NCBI GenBank assembly: GCA_036397475.1
Contig: DASWIV010000148.1
Span: forward strand, 1-33,174
DNA length: 33,174 nt
DNA from: a bacterium
GTDB lineage: Bacteria; JAJVIF01; JAPKYR01
Direction of reading: 5' to 3'
Shown piece by piece: positions 9,386 through 17,677 of this stretch. Both the position numbers and the translations under genes were made by a program. Each line of letters begins with the position of its first letter. The first letter of the stretch is position 1. Under the pieces are notes generated by a model, which ran no database searches, was not told the DNA's origin, and saw only the letters and a list, made by a program, of their open reading frames with translations.

Positions 9386-10789
9386 TCACAGTGAGAAAAT
9401 CGCCCTGACCCAGAACTCGCTGTTCCCGTTGGTGAAAACTCCACCGGACAGGTACTGCTGGAACTGGTACGTCAGGCCGTATTCACTCATTTCTTTCTCT
9501 TCGAAAATTTCCCCCCGGATCTTTATCTCATTTGAGATTGAATGCTCGATAAAATACTTCGCGTCGTCACGGCGCACATCGTAGCCAAGCGCGAGGAATG
9601 TCCCCGACGATGGCCATACCCCAATCGCTACATCCGAGTACAATTCCGAGTCATTGGTGTAAAAATTCAAATTAGCAAGGACTTCTACCCACTTAGAAAG
9701 CAGAAATCCCAGCCGCGCCTGTACTTCGCTCGAATCGCTCGTCTCATTGCCGAAATCGACAAAGGTCTCCAGGCTCATGTGATACGACCCACTCTCTATT
9801 ATCGCGTCAACCTGCACCCCGGGCTCTTCAGCGAGGACATTTATGTTCACTTTCGAATAAGCGTTCAGCGTTTTGGCAAGCGCGTCGTTGTCTATTACTT
9901 CAACAAGCCTCGATTCAATTTCCTCCGACGCATTGTCGATTTCCGACTTTGGCATTCCGATCATGATGCGGTCCGCTTCCGCGACTATTCGCTCCCTGAA
10001 CCGGTCGAGAATCACATTGTACAAAGTGTGGGAGTACATCCTTGGACGCACGATCTCGACGGGCTCGTCCCTTGGTATCACCGTCACGGTGACCGTTGCT
10101 GCCCGGCTGATGATGTAATCCACACTGACATCGCAGCATGGGAATATCTGTTTGAAGTATTCCGCTTCCCATGCCGTGTGAAGCGCGCTGTTTATAGTCA
10201 GGTCTCTCGACCAGTCCGGCAATGAAGCGAATGTCGGGAGCCCGATCAAACTGTCATAGAGGTTGCTTTCCAGGTCCCCCCGGAAATTGTCCAGCCGGAC
10301 CAGGTACTCTTCGTACCAGAACTGGTTCAGGCCTTCTTCACTAAGGTTAATCTCAATTTCAGACACAGCGTGGGGATCTGTTTCGGTCCATCCGTACGGA
10401 TGCACATAAAAATCGGCCTGAAGCGATTCAGGCGCCACTATCAGATCCAGGTTGTATACGGAGTACCCGCGTGGCTCTATTACAAGATTGATGCCGGATT
10501 TTATCGCGTCTGCGATCTCCGGAAGATTCTGGTCCAGCTCCACATTGGACTGGCCGATATCTTCCAGCACCTCGATCAGGGTCTCCTCAAACAGCGATTT
10601 GAGCTCGGCTTCGACCGCACGCGGAATTCCGGGAGTACTGAAGATTGTAACCGAAATATCTGCGCCTATAGCATCAGAATTGTAAGGGTTGGATAATACA
10701 AGCAGGAGAATCGCTAAAGAGAGGACATTTACCCGGCGGATATATCCGCGACCGCCATCTCTCCTCCGTTTGTTACGATTCCCAATCAT
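9386..10789 (-). CDS. secreted or outer-membrane-associated protein, function unknown
   Basis: Basic N-terminus plus a hydrophobic segment (VLSLAILLLVLS). The C-terminal roughly 110 aa show alternating hydrophobic beta-strand-like patterns ending in FWVRAIFSL. It lies in the operon between bamA and skp. Confidence 0.65.
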   Translation of the reverse strand: MIGNRNKRRRDGGRGYIRRVNVLSLAILLLVLSNPYNSDAIGADISVTIFSTPGIPRAVEAELKSLFEETLIEVLEDIGQSNVELDQNLPEIADAIKSGINLVIEPRGYSVYNLDLIVAPESLQADFYVHPYGWTETDPHAVSEIEINLSEEGLNQFWYEEYLVRLDNFRGDLESNLYDSLIGLPTFASLPDWSRDLTINSALHTAWEAEYFKQIFPCCDVSVDYIISRAATVTVTVIPRDEPVEIVRPRMYSHTLYNVILDRFRERIVAEADRIMIGMPKSEIDNASEEIESRLVEVIDNDALAKTLNAYSKVNINVLAEEPGVQVDAIIESGSYHMSLETFVDFGNETSDSSEVQARLGFLLSKWVEVLANLNFYTNDSELYSDVAIGVWPSSGTFLALGYDVRRDDAKYFIEHSISNEIKIRGEIFEEKEMSEYGLTYQFQQYLSGGVFTNGNSEFWVRAIFSL

Positions 10790-10826
10790 TAAATTATACG
10801 CTCTAATTCAACGCCGGTTGACGGGT

Positions 10827-12647
10827 TCAGAACAAATGCCCGAAACCGAAAACTATCTGGCTGTCATTATTTTCAAAATCAAACCCGTAATCCAGCCTTA
10901 TCGGTGCCACTCCGAAGAATGAGATCCTGTACCTTACGCCGAGTCCCACTGTGGTAAGCAGATTGCTGAAATTCAGGCTGCTGCCCGGCTCGGCAGCGGT
11001 GCCGGCATCGAAAAATACCGCTCCGCCCAGATTTCCTCCAAGTGGAAATCGGTATTCGCCGTTAAACAGGATTGCTGTGTCTCCCGACTGGGCAGTCTCC
11101 TTGGTTCCTCTCACCGAATTCTGCCCGCCGATCTCGAATCGCTCGAATATCGGAAGGTCCCCGGTCGAACCGCCGTAAAGAACCCTGAAGGCAAGGACAT
11201 GGCTGCTGTGAAACTGCCTTGGAGACAGGTCGGACACATCCTGGGGCGGACTCGATAACGGGTAAAAATTCTTGTACTCGAGAATGTACTTGAACGCATC
11301 GAAATCTCCGCCGAGAAACTGTCCGAACATTGACAATTCGGCACTTGCGACCTGTCCACGTGTCGGATCAAGTGTGAAATCGCGTGTATCATGGGCGATC
11401 TTTGTCGTCAGCGAATTAGCCGCGCCATCCACCAGTCCGTTCCTTAGCCACACCGATTCGTCAAGCTCGGGAACATCCTCAGGGGCAAGTACATTTCCGT
11501 CCTCGTCAAGGAATGTCACATTGCCTTCAAGGAATTTCAGTGTAAGCGCGATCGTTACATTTTCAGATGTAGGCCGGACCACACCGATCGAACCCCCTGT
11601 TCGCTTCAACTCGAATCTCGTCAGAAGGTCGGGATCGTCAGGATTACGGATCCTGTCAGACTCATTAAGGCTGAATATATCAATATTAAAACTCGTTCGA
11701 TGATTATCTATTACGGGATTTGCGAATGTGAACTGAAAATCCGGGCTCGGACCGCCGATCTGCCCGAGTGCCTGCAACTGCTGACCACGTCCGCGGAAGT
11801 TTCTCTCGGCATATGAAATCGTTCCAAGGAATCCTTCGTTCGACGAATACCCGGCTCCAAAACCGATCTGACCGGTTCTCGATTCCGTGACGTTTATCTT
11901 AAGTACGACCTCACGATTTTCATTTAATTCGATCTCAGGACGGATATCCTCAAACAACTGCAGGTTGTAAATTCGCTCGAGGTCGCGACGGAAAGTCACC
12001 GCGTTGAATACCGTACCTATCTCGGTGCGTATTTCACGCATGATCACGTATGTTTTGGTTTTGGTATTTCCCTCGATAACGATATCGCCTATGACACCTT
12101 CGTTCAGCACGATGTAAATTATGCCGTCATCCGACACATCCACATCGGTTATCGTCGCAGCGGTATATCCGTCTTCGCGATATCGCCTTTCAATCGCATT
12201 TACACCGGTGGTTACCGCATTATTATTGATTACACCGCCGGCTTCGATGTTGAACAGGATCGAAAGTTCTCCCGGCGCGTAAATCCCGGGACCTTCCTGC
12301 GTTATGTTCACCCCGACAAAGGTCGGGTTCTCGAGGACGATGATTATTATCTTGACACCGCTCTCGAATGGCTCAAGTATATGCTCGGGCTCGGCCGCGA
12401 ACCATCCAAGAGCCTCTATTGCGGAAAGATCGGCACTCAGCGTGTTTAAACTGAATGTCGTGCCCGCTCTTCCGGTCATCGCCGACAGTATTTCCTGGTC
12501 GGTGACAACCTCGTTTCCGCGAATCTCGATCGCGGTAATCATCAGATCGTCGTCCTGTGCGAACGACATCGCCGGGAATACCAATCCCCATGCGAACAGG
12601 ATCATAGTAACCGGAATGATCAGTTTTCGGCTATGCATTTGCTCCAA
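10827..12647 (-). CDS. bamA: outer membrane protein assembly factor BamA (short form, 606 aa)
   Basis: Signal peptide. POTRA-like start (ITAIEIRGNEVVTDQEILSAMTGRAGTTF). Omp85 barrel with a RGT..ET region and a C-terminal aromatic signal ...VFGFGHLF. It lies upstream of skp-lpxD. Confidence 0.9.
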   Translation of the reverse strand: MEQMHSRKLIIPVTMILFAWGLVFPAMSFAQDDDLMITAIEIRGNEVVTDQEILSAMTGRAGTTFSLNTLSADLSAIEALGWFAAEPEHILEPFESGVKIIIIVLENPTFVGVNITQEGPGIYAPGELSILFNIEAGGVINNNAVTTGVNAIERRYREDGYTAATITDVDVSDDGIIYIVLNEGVIGDIVIEGNTKTKTYVIMREIRTEIGTVFNAVTFRRDLERIYNLQLFEDIRPEIELNENREVVLKINVTESRTGQIGFGAGYSSNEGFLGTISYAERNFRGRGQQLQALGQIGGPSPDFQFTFANPVIDNHRTSFNIDIFSLNESDRIRNPDDPDLLTRFELKRTGGSIGVVRPTSENVTIALTLKFLEGNVTFLDEDGNVLAPEDVPELDESVWLRNGLVDGAANSLTTKIAHDTRDFTLDPTRGQVASAELSMFGQFLGGDFDAFKYILEYKNFYPLSSPPQDVSDLSPRQFHSSHVLAFRVLYGGSTGDLPIFERFEIGGQNSVRGTKETAQSGDTAILFNGEYRFPLGGNLGGAVFFDAGTAAEPGSSLNFSNLLTTVGLGVRYRISFFGVAPIRLDYGFDFENNDSQIVFGFGHLF

Positions 12648-12779
12648 CCTCGTAGGTCCTCCACGTATTTACACATCGGAAACAGGCATGCGAATAGCGC
12701 CGCGAGCCAATTTCACCGTGTAAGCCGTGCAGCCTACCATTTTTAAAGCCTGTCATTCCAGCAGAATTTAACGCGATTC

Positions 12780-13517
12780 TCATTCAGTGTGCTCTCCAAG
12801 AATCCTCTCGGACAACGACCTTACGACATTCAGCGATATCTTGTCTGAGTCCACCTTTTCCCCGCCACGGACATGTTCAGTCGACGCCATATCGGGCTCG
12901 TCTGCGGTAATAATCACCGCAGGCTCATCGGCAGCGGTATCCACAGGTTCCATGGTATCAGGCACCCGGGAAACTGCCGGAGGGGAATAAACCGTATTGG
13001 TGAATGCAGGATGATCATTGGTTACCGGAGTCTCGGCTGAAGGATCCGCTCCGGCAAGCAGGATTGGATCCTCATTACTTATATCATTGGTTAATTCAGG
13101 CAATATCGAAAAGTTCGGAATTGAACCGGTATCATTTCCTGCTTCCGGCACCGAAGTATTTTCAGCTAACATCGACTGATTAACAGAATCAGGAATTTCT
13201 ACCGCAGGTGCGACTACAGTAAATTTCCCTAACGCCAGTCCTATTACCAGGCACGCTGCCATAGCCCCGACCGTTACGAGCTGCCGGATCGGTAATACCG
13301 CTTTTTTCGCAGTTTTGGATTCTTTTCGCATCGGAGCGACAGTCAACGCGGTCCGCTCCACAACAATTTTGAGCTCAGCCTGTGCGAGAAGGAGAGTCGA
13401 CGACGCGAGGATTCCCTGCCCGTCCGAAAATTGCTTTTCGGCTCGGCCAATCCAGTCGCGCGCGGCAACTAAATGCACGTTGATGTCCCTTGACAATGGT
13501 CGGGGGTTACCGGACAT
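12780..13517 (-). CDS. bitopic membrane protein with low-complexity periplasmic tail, function unknown
   Basis: Cytoplasmic helical N-domain, one TM segment (LVTVGAMAACLVIGLALG), and a P/D/E/T-rich C-terminal half. It is the first gene of the bamA operon. Confidence 0.6.
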   Translation of the reverse strand: MSGNPRPLSRDINVHLVAARDWIGRAEKQFSDGQGILASSTLLLAQAELKIVVERTALTVAPMRKESKTAKKAVLPIRQLVTVGAMAACLVIGLALGKFTVVAPAVEIPDSVNQSMLAENTSVPEAGNDTGSIPNFSILPELTNDISNEDPILLAGADPSAETPVTNDHPAFTNTVYSPPAVSRVPDTMEPVDTAADEPAVIITADEPDMASTEHVRGGEKVDSDKISLNVVRSLSERILGEHTE

Positions 13518-14122
13518 GATATACCTCTACGCTTAACTCTAATAAATAAAAAAAATGAGGCTCTGAACCAAAAATGCTGCATGGTTCTATCCCTGGCCTC
13601 ATAATAATGTCGCGATCAGTAAAACGTTTTTGAACCGGAATTCAGCTTTTTTTGAATTTTTTTTTACATCCCCCCGGATTGATCAGTTCAGGTGATTATT
13701 CAGCATCACAAATGACCCCATCACTTACCCCACGGTTGACCAACTCAACCCCTTATACCAGGAACAGGCGTCAAATTGCTGGTTTAAAGCGTGACGAATA
13801 TAATGAATATCTTATTTTTTTGAGTTTGAATTACCCTTATGCTGGCAACTGACTAATAACTATGTTGAATTACGTAAGGAAATTATCATTATTAAATTCA
13901 ATATTATAATAACAGTGATCACAACAGCAGGCTTCCCTACGCCATTTCCAGAACCACTTTATTTGCGGATATTGGCAAATCATATAAATCAATAGTATTA
14001 TTTTTAATAATAACTACTTGTTTACTGCCTCAAGATTAAAAATATTGGAGAATATAATGGAATTATGATTATCTTTCGAGTAAATGATTACTTTAGTTTA
14101 GGTGTTTACTATAATATGCCCT

Positions 14123-14674
14123 CTACCCGATCAAATGCTTTCCCATCAATATCAAATCCAGGTACAACCCGTCCAGACATATCTGGTCAACCAGCAATCC
14201 CTCGTACTCAAATCCATTCTTCCTGTACAAATTGATCGCCGGGCCATTTGTCGCGAATACGTTCAATGTTAGTTTCCGGATCCGACCCGTCTCTTTTGCC
14301 CACGATTCCGCTACCCTCAATAATTCGGTACCGATTCCCTGCCTCCTGTATTCCCTGTGCACACTCATCCCGATCTCCGCGGTGTGGCGAATTTTTCTCC
14401 TGCGCCCGCACTCGCATGTGAGAAATCCAATAATCTGGCCGTCCGACTCAGCTACAAAAACTGTCGAGAGTGGATTATCGAGGATCCGTCGCAGGTGCTC
14501 CCTCTCGGTCATTACGTCGAGCACCATCTCGTCCTGGTCCGCGATCGACGACTGCCTGTCGAGAAGTATCTCCCTGAGATAATCTACAATCTTCCTCGCG
14601 TCGGCGGGTACAGCGATACGTATTCGCCATTCGCTGCCGGCGCCCGATTCAGTTCTCTTTTCGAGCTGGGTCAT
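14123..14674 (-). CDS. GNAT family N-acetyltransferase
   Basis: Acetyl-CoA binding motif REYRRQGIGTELL and the typical GNAT C-terminal NGPAINLYRKNGFE. Confidence 0.85.
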   Translation of the reverse strand: MTQLEKRTESGAGSEWRIRIAVPADARKIVDYLREILLDRQSSIADQDEMVLDVMTEREHLRRILDNPLSTVFVAESDGQIIGFLTCECGRRRKIRHTAEIGMSVHREYRRQGIGTELLRVAESWAKETGRIRKLTLNVFATNGPAINLYRKNGFEYEGLLVDQICLDGLYLDLILMGKHLIG

Positions 14675-14731
14675 TTCCTCGGTTAAATAATATCATGAGA
14701 TATCGGAAATTAGGCAGGAAAATCCGGTTTC

Positions 14732-16024
14732 TCATTTATTTTCAACCACTTTTTCATGCGGGAAGAATTTGTTGGCAAGTATCCATACCGTGAATGGGAC
14801 AATTACCATCGACGAAAGTATCCATAGTGTGCCGCTGATCTGAAGCCCAAGGTTCTCGGTCATCCATCCTGTCATTGCCGCACAGATAGCGTAGCCGACT
14901 GTGAAGAACGCGAATTCAGCCGCGAATATGCGTCCCCTGACCTCGTTTGGAACGAGCTGCATCAGAAGCTGAGTGGTAAACACCCATACCACTCCGATCC
15001 CGAAACCATTGATGAACAGGCCGGCAAATACAAGAACAAAGATTGAGTGAAATCCCGCAAGCGCGGTCCCCAGGGCGATACACACGTAACTGGCAGCTAC
15101 CAGCTTTCTCATTAATTCATGATTATCCCCGGTGAATCGCCTTGCCATTATCGGTCCGACCCCGGATCCGATCCCCCATACTGAGAACATGATCCCTGTA
15201 CTTATCGCTCCCCCCTCTCCCATACTGAATATTTTTTCAGAGATCGCCACTATTACGACAGGAATTCCGCCCATGGTGGAAAGATAGATAACCGCTTTAC
15301 TCAGGGAAATGTTCAGAATATCAAGCTTTCCTGCGAGGTATTTCAATCCATCTAAATGCTGCCTGACACCGTCTGAGAATGTACGTCCATCAGCCACATC
15401 CTTTTCCGACGGCAGGTATAAAATACGATAGATAATTATTGCCGATAAGATAAACGACAGCGCATCGACCGTATACGAGGTGTGCAATCCGAACAAGCCC
15501 GCGACCAGCCCTCCAAGCGCCATTCCGAGTGAGTACATCACCGACCATGTCACCGACGATAACGCGTTCGCTGTACCGAGGTCTTTCTGTTCGACTATTT
15601 CCGGAAGCATCGCGTTATATGCCGGAATGAAAAATCCACTGGTGCCATGGAGAAGCCCAAGCAGTACAAACAGGATCCAGATATGCGACGAGTCTTGAAT
15701 CAGAAAAAATCCGAAAACGATAAGCGCGCGAATAATATCTGTCCCTATCAGGATCCTCCGGCGGTTGTACCTGTCCGCAACTACCCCCGCAACCGGGCTG
15801 ATAAGAAATGGCGCGAGCGCACGTACCACAAACAGGTAACCGATGCCTTCCGCCGATCCCGTTAATTTGTATGTGAGTGTAGTTGTCGCTACCAGATTGA
15901 ACCAGTCGCCAAGTAGGCTGATTATCTGGCCGGTCCATAAGAGCCGGAAATTTCGGTTTCGGACTATGAGGCTGGCATATGAAGACAGAGTCCTGCTATT
16001 TTCGATTGATGGAGCTTCTGACAT
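14732..16024 (-). CDS. MFS transporter
   Basis: About 12 predicted hydrophobic helices. MFS signature-like VADRYNRRRIL lies between TM2 and TM3. Confidence 0.85.
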   Translation of the reverse strand: MSEAPSIENSRTLSSYASLIVRNRNFRLLWTGQIISLLGDWFNLVATTTLTYKLTGSAEGIGYLFVVRALAPFLISPVAGVVADRYNRRRILIGTDIIRALIVFGFFLIQDSSHIWILFVLLGLLHGTSGFFIPAYNAMLPEIVEQKDLGTANALSSVTWSVMYSLGMALGGLVAGLFGLHTSYTVDALSFILSAIIIYRILYLPSEKDVADGRTFSDGVRQHLDGLKYLAGKLDILNISLSKAVIYLSTMGGIPVVIVAISEKIFSMGEGGAISTGIMFSVWGIGSGVGPIMARRFTGDNHELMRKLVAASYVCIALGTALAGFHSIFVLVFAGLFINGFGIGVVWVFTTQLLMQLVPNEVRGRIFAAEFAFFTVGYAICAAMTGWMTENLGLQISGTLWILSSMVIVPFTVWILANKFFPHEKVVENK

Positions 16025-16263
16025 TTATTTCTCAATAACAGTTCGCGGGCCCGGTTCGGGAGCGTGCTGTTCGAGCTTTCCGGAATTCCGTAAATGTATC
16101 ACACACAACCCTGTTTGTGCGTGGATTTCCGCCATCAATCCGTAAGATGAACCCGATAATAAAAGGCATTGTCGGATTAACGTTTTTCATTTTCGCGTTT
16201 ATGTGGTTAAATAAACAAATCTAAAACTAAATTAATTTATTTTTCACAGGAGATTTTTTAATA

Positions 16264-16698
16264 ATGAAAGAAATTTTCAGATGGATGACGTCCAGAAATC
16301 CACGTGCCATCGATGTCGGACTTTTGATCCTGAGAGTACTTATCGGGTTTGGGATAGCCTATCTTCATGGTAAAGGCAAGGTAACAGGAGGAGTCGAGGG
16401 GATGGCTGAGAATATCGCGGGATGGGGCTTGCCCGTTCCGTTGCTGTGGGCGTGGCTGGCAGCGCTTACTGAATTCCTCGGAGGTATTTTTATCGCTCTG
16501 GGCTTTTTAACTCGTCCTGCAGCGGTGGCGCTACTTATCATGATGCTGACGGCCGTCGCGAAGTCTCATGGCGACGATGTTCTTGGAGCTGGCGAAAAAG
16601 CTTTACTCTACGGGGTCCCTGCAATGTCGTTAATATTTGCAGGCGCGGGAAATTTCAGTATTGACGCGATGATCAATAAAGCGATAACGAAGAAGTAA
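16264..16698 (+). CDS. DoxX family membrane protein
   Basis: 144 aa with four hydrophobic helices. DoxX-like LLILRVLIGFGIAYLHGKGK and LAALTEFLGGIFIALGFLTRPAA. AGGAG lies upstream. Confidence 0.85.
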   Translation: MKEIFRWMTSRNPRAIDVGLLILRVLIGFGIAYLHGKGKVTGGVEGMAENIAGWGLPVPLLWAWLAALTEFLGGIFIALGFLTRPAAVALLIMMLTAVAKSHGDDVLGAGEKALLYGVPAMSLIFAGAGNFSIDAMINKAITKK

Positions 16699-16738
16699 CA
16701 GATTGATTAAATAACATAATTCCCCATGAATTTGAGAT

Positions 16739-17004
16739 CCTGAGCCCAGGTGTCAACCTGGAGCTAATCTCAACACATTCCTGAATATACCCATAACTAT
16801 ATGCGCCAATTCATTAGCGCCACGCTGACGGATCTGTTGAAAAAGTCCAAACTTAACGAAATAAGTCCTGGTGCCGCTGACAACCTCAAGTGAGAATAGA
16901 GATTAACCAGCGAGATCTGACACCGGGTTGTCGTCGGCACCCGTACTTCAAATCAAAGACTTCTTCAACGGCGCCTGCCGTGTGGGCTCAGGTACCAATT
17001 TTTT
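16739..17004 (+). other. structured intergenic element (candidate ncRNA, long leader or MITE-like element), unidentified
   Basis: Perfect 10-bp inverted repeat CCTGAGCCCA (16739-16748) / TGGGCTCAGG (16983-16992), followed by T6 (16999-17004). Inner 16-bp stem at 16870-16885 / 16926-16941 with 2 mismatches. Small hairpins at 16745-16761 and 16802-16820. Confidence 0.3.
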
Positions 17005-17070
17005 CATGCCTGTTTCCTCAAGATTCATCCCATCCTGACGAATAATTTCATAGAAGGAAGGTGGGCCGGT

Positions 17071-17304
17071 ATGAGTATCTATGGAATAAACCCGGGAGCG
17101 CAGGTGGCGGCGCTTAACCAGGCTGTCCAGTCAATAAACAGCGCTAATCTGAAGCTCCTGGAAGCGACAAAACAAATAAACGACGGCGATATCATCGACG
17201 CGGTCCTGCTGATCCAGCAGTCGAAGATCGAGGCGAGTGCCGGTGCAGCTGTCGCGAAAGTGTCTATCAAGGTCTCGGAATCGCTCCTGGATATACTTGC
17301 TTAA
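17071..17304 (+). CDS. small (77 aa) all-helical protein, function unknown
   Basis: RBS GAAGGAAGGTGG upstream of the ATG. A strong terminator follows immediately. Ala/Gln/Ile/Ser-rich with no TM segment and no signal peptide. Confidence 0.55.
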   Translation: MSIYGINPGAQVAALNQAVQSINSANLKLLEATKQINDGDIIDAVLLIQQSKIEASAGAAVAKVSIKVSESLLDILA

Positions 17305-17362
17305 AGACCGGTTAAACAGATTAAATTTTCATATCACTAGCCATCTAACCCATTTCAGGACC

Positions 17363-17400
17363 GGTCCGCCGTCTCCCACGGCGGACCACTTTTTATTTTT
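17363..17400 (+). terminator. rho-independent terminator
   Basis: Perfect 10-bp stem GGTCCGCCGT / ACGGCGGACC with loop CTCCC, followed by TTTTTATTTTTT. Confidence 0.85.
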
Positions 17401-17419
17401 TATTATATCGTCATATATC

Positions 17420-17448
17420 TTGCCAGATACAATATAATATGGTATACT
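17420..17448 (+). promoter_or_regulatory. sigma70-like promoter
   Basis: TTGCCA (17420-17425), 17-nt spacer, TATACT (17443-17448). The predicted start falls at the 5' end of the closing helix of the downstream leader. Confidence 0.55.
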
Positions 17449-17452
17449 CACA

Positions 17453-17612
17453 CTGTCGGAGAAGGTTTTCCGATGGATAAAGGCACTCCCGTCGCGAGGC
17501 GGGTTCGCAAAGCCAGGAATCTCTCGTAGATAGTCCGGTTGCCCGAAAGTTAACCCTTTCCACAGGTCTTAGAGGGCTCCGGACATAGTGCCGAAGAGCC
17601 CATTTTGTGTTT
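17453..17612 (+). promoter_or_regulatory. structured 5' leader: candidate c-di-GMP-I (GEMM-I-like) riboswitch aptamer plus intrinsic terminator
   Basis: The closing helix pairs 17453-17465 with 17555-17565 (11 bp, two 1-nt bulges). Hairpin CCCGUC-GCGA-GGCGGG (17488-17503) has a GNRA loop and is preceded by AAAGGCAC. The linker is CGCAAAGCC (17506-17514). A second hairpin spans 17513-17538. The terminator GGGCUC...GAGCCC plus a U-tract spans 17574-17612. Confidence 0.45.
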
Positions 17613-17677
17613 ATTTACGAAAATATAAGATTCTGGCATCTAAGACAGGAAGCACTGATTAGCAATGGAGGTGTCCT

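Noticed and set aside
9339-9389. Longer Skp/OmpH start (171-aa ORF beginning at 9389)
   Set aside because: The internal ATG at 9338 is preceded by GGTGGAG and starts directly with the signal peptide. The longer form would overlap the upstream gene's stop region.
9542-10225. 227-aa plus-strand ORF antisense to the 467-aa envelope gene. The same judgement applies to 24479-25153 (antisense to hydantoinase A) and 11272-11703 (antisense to bamA).
   Set aside because: These have Arg/Pro/Ser-rich, low-information translations and lie fully inside longer, motif-bearing genes on the opposite strand.
13652-13852. 66-aa ORF in the AT-rich gap
   Set aside because: It uses a non-ATG start, has no RBS, has low-complexity composition, and sits in a region with no coding-like periodicity.
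16739-17004. Identification of the structured element as 6S RNA, RNase P RNA, tmRNA or SRP RNA
   Set aside because: None of the signature motifs I know are present: no GAGGAAAGUCC-type P4 motif, no tRNA-like ends or tag ORF, and no SRP domain IV GGAA/AGCA loops. The size and shape also do not fit 6S RNA. I left it unassigned.
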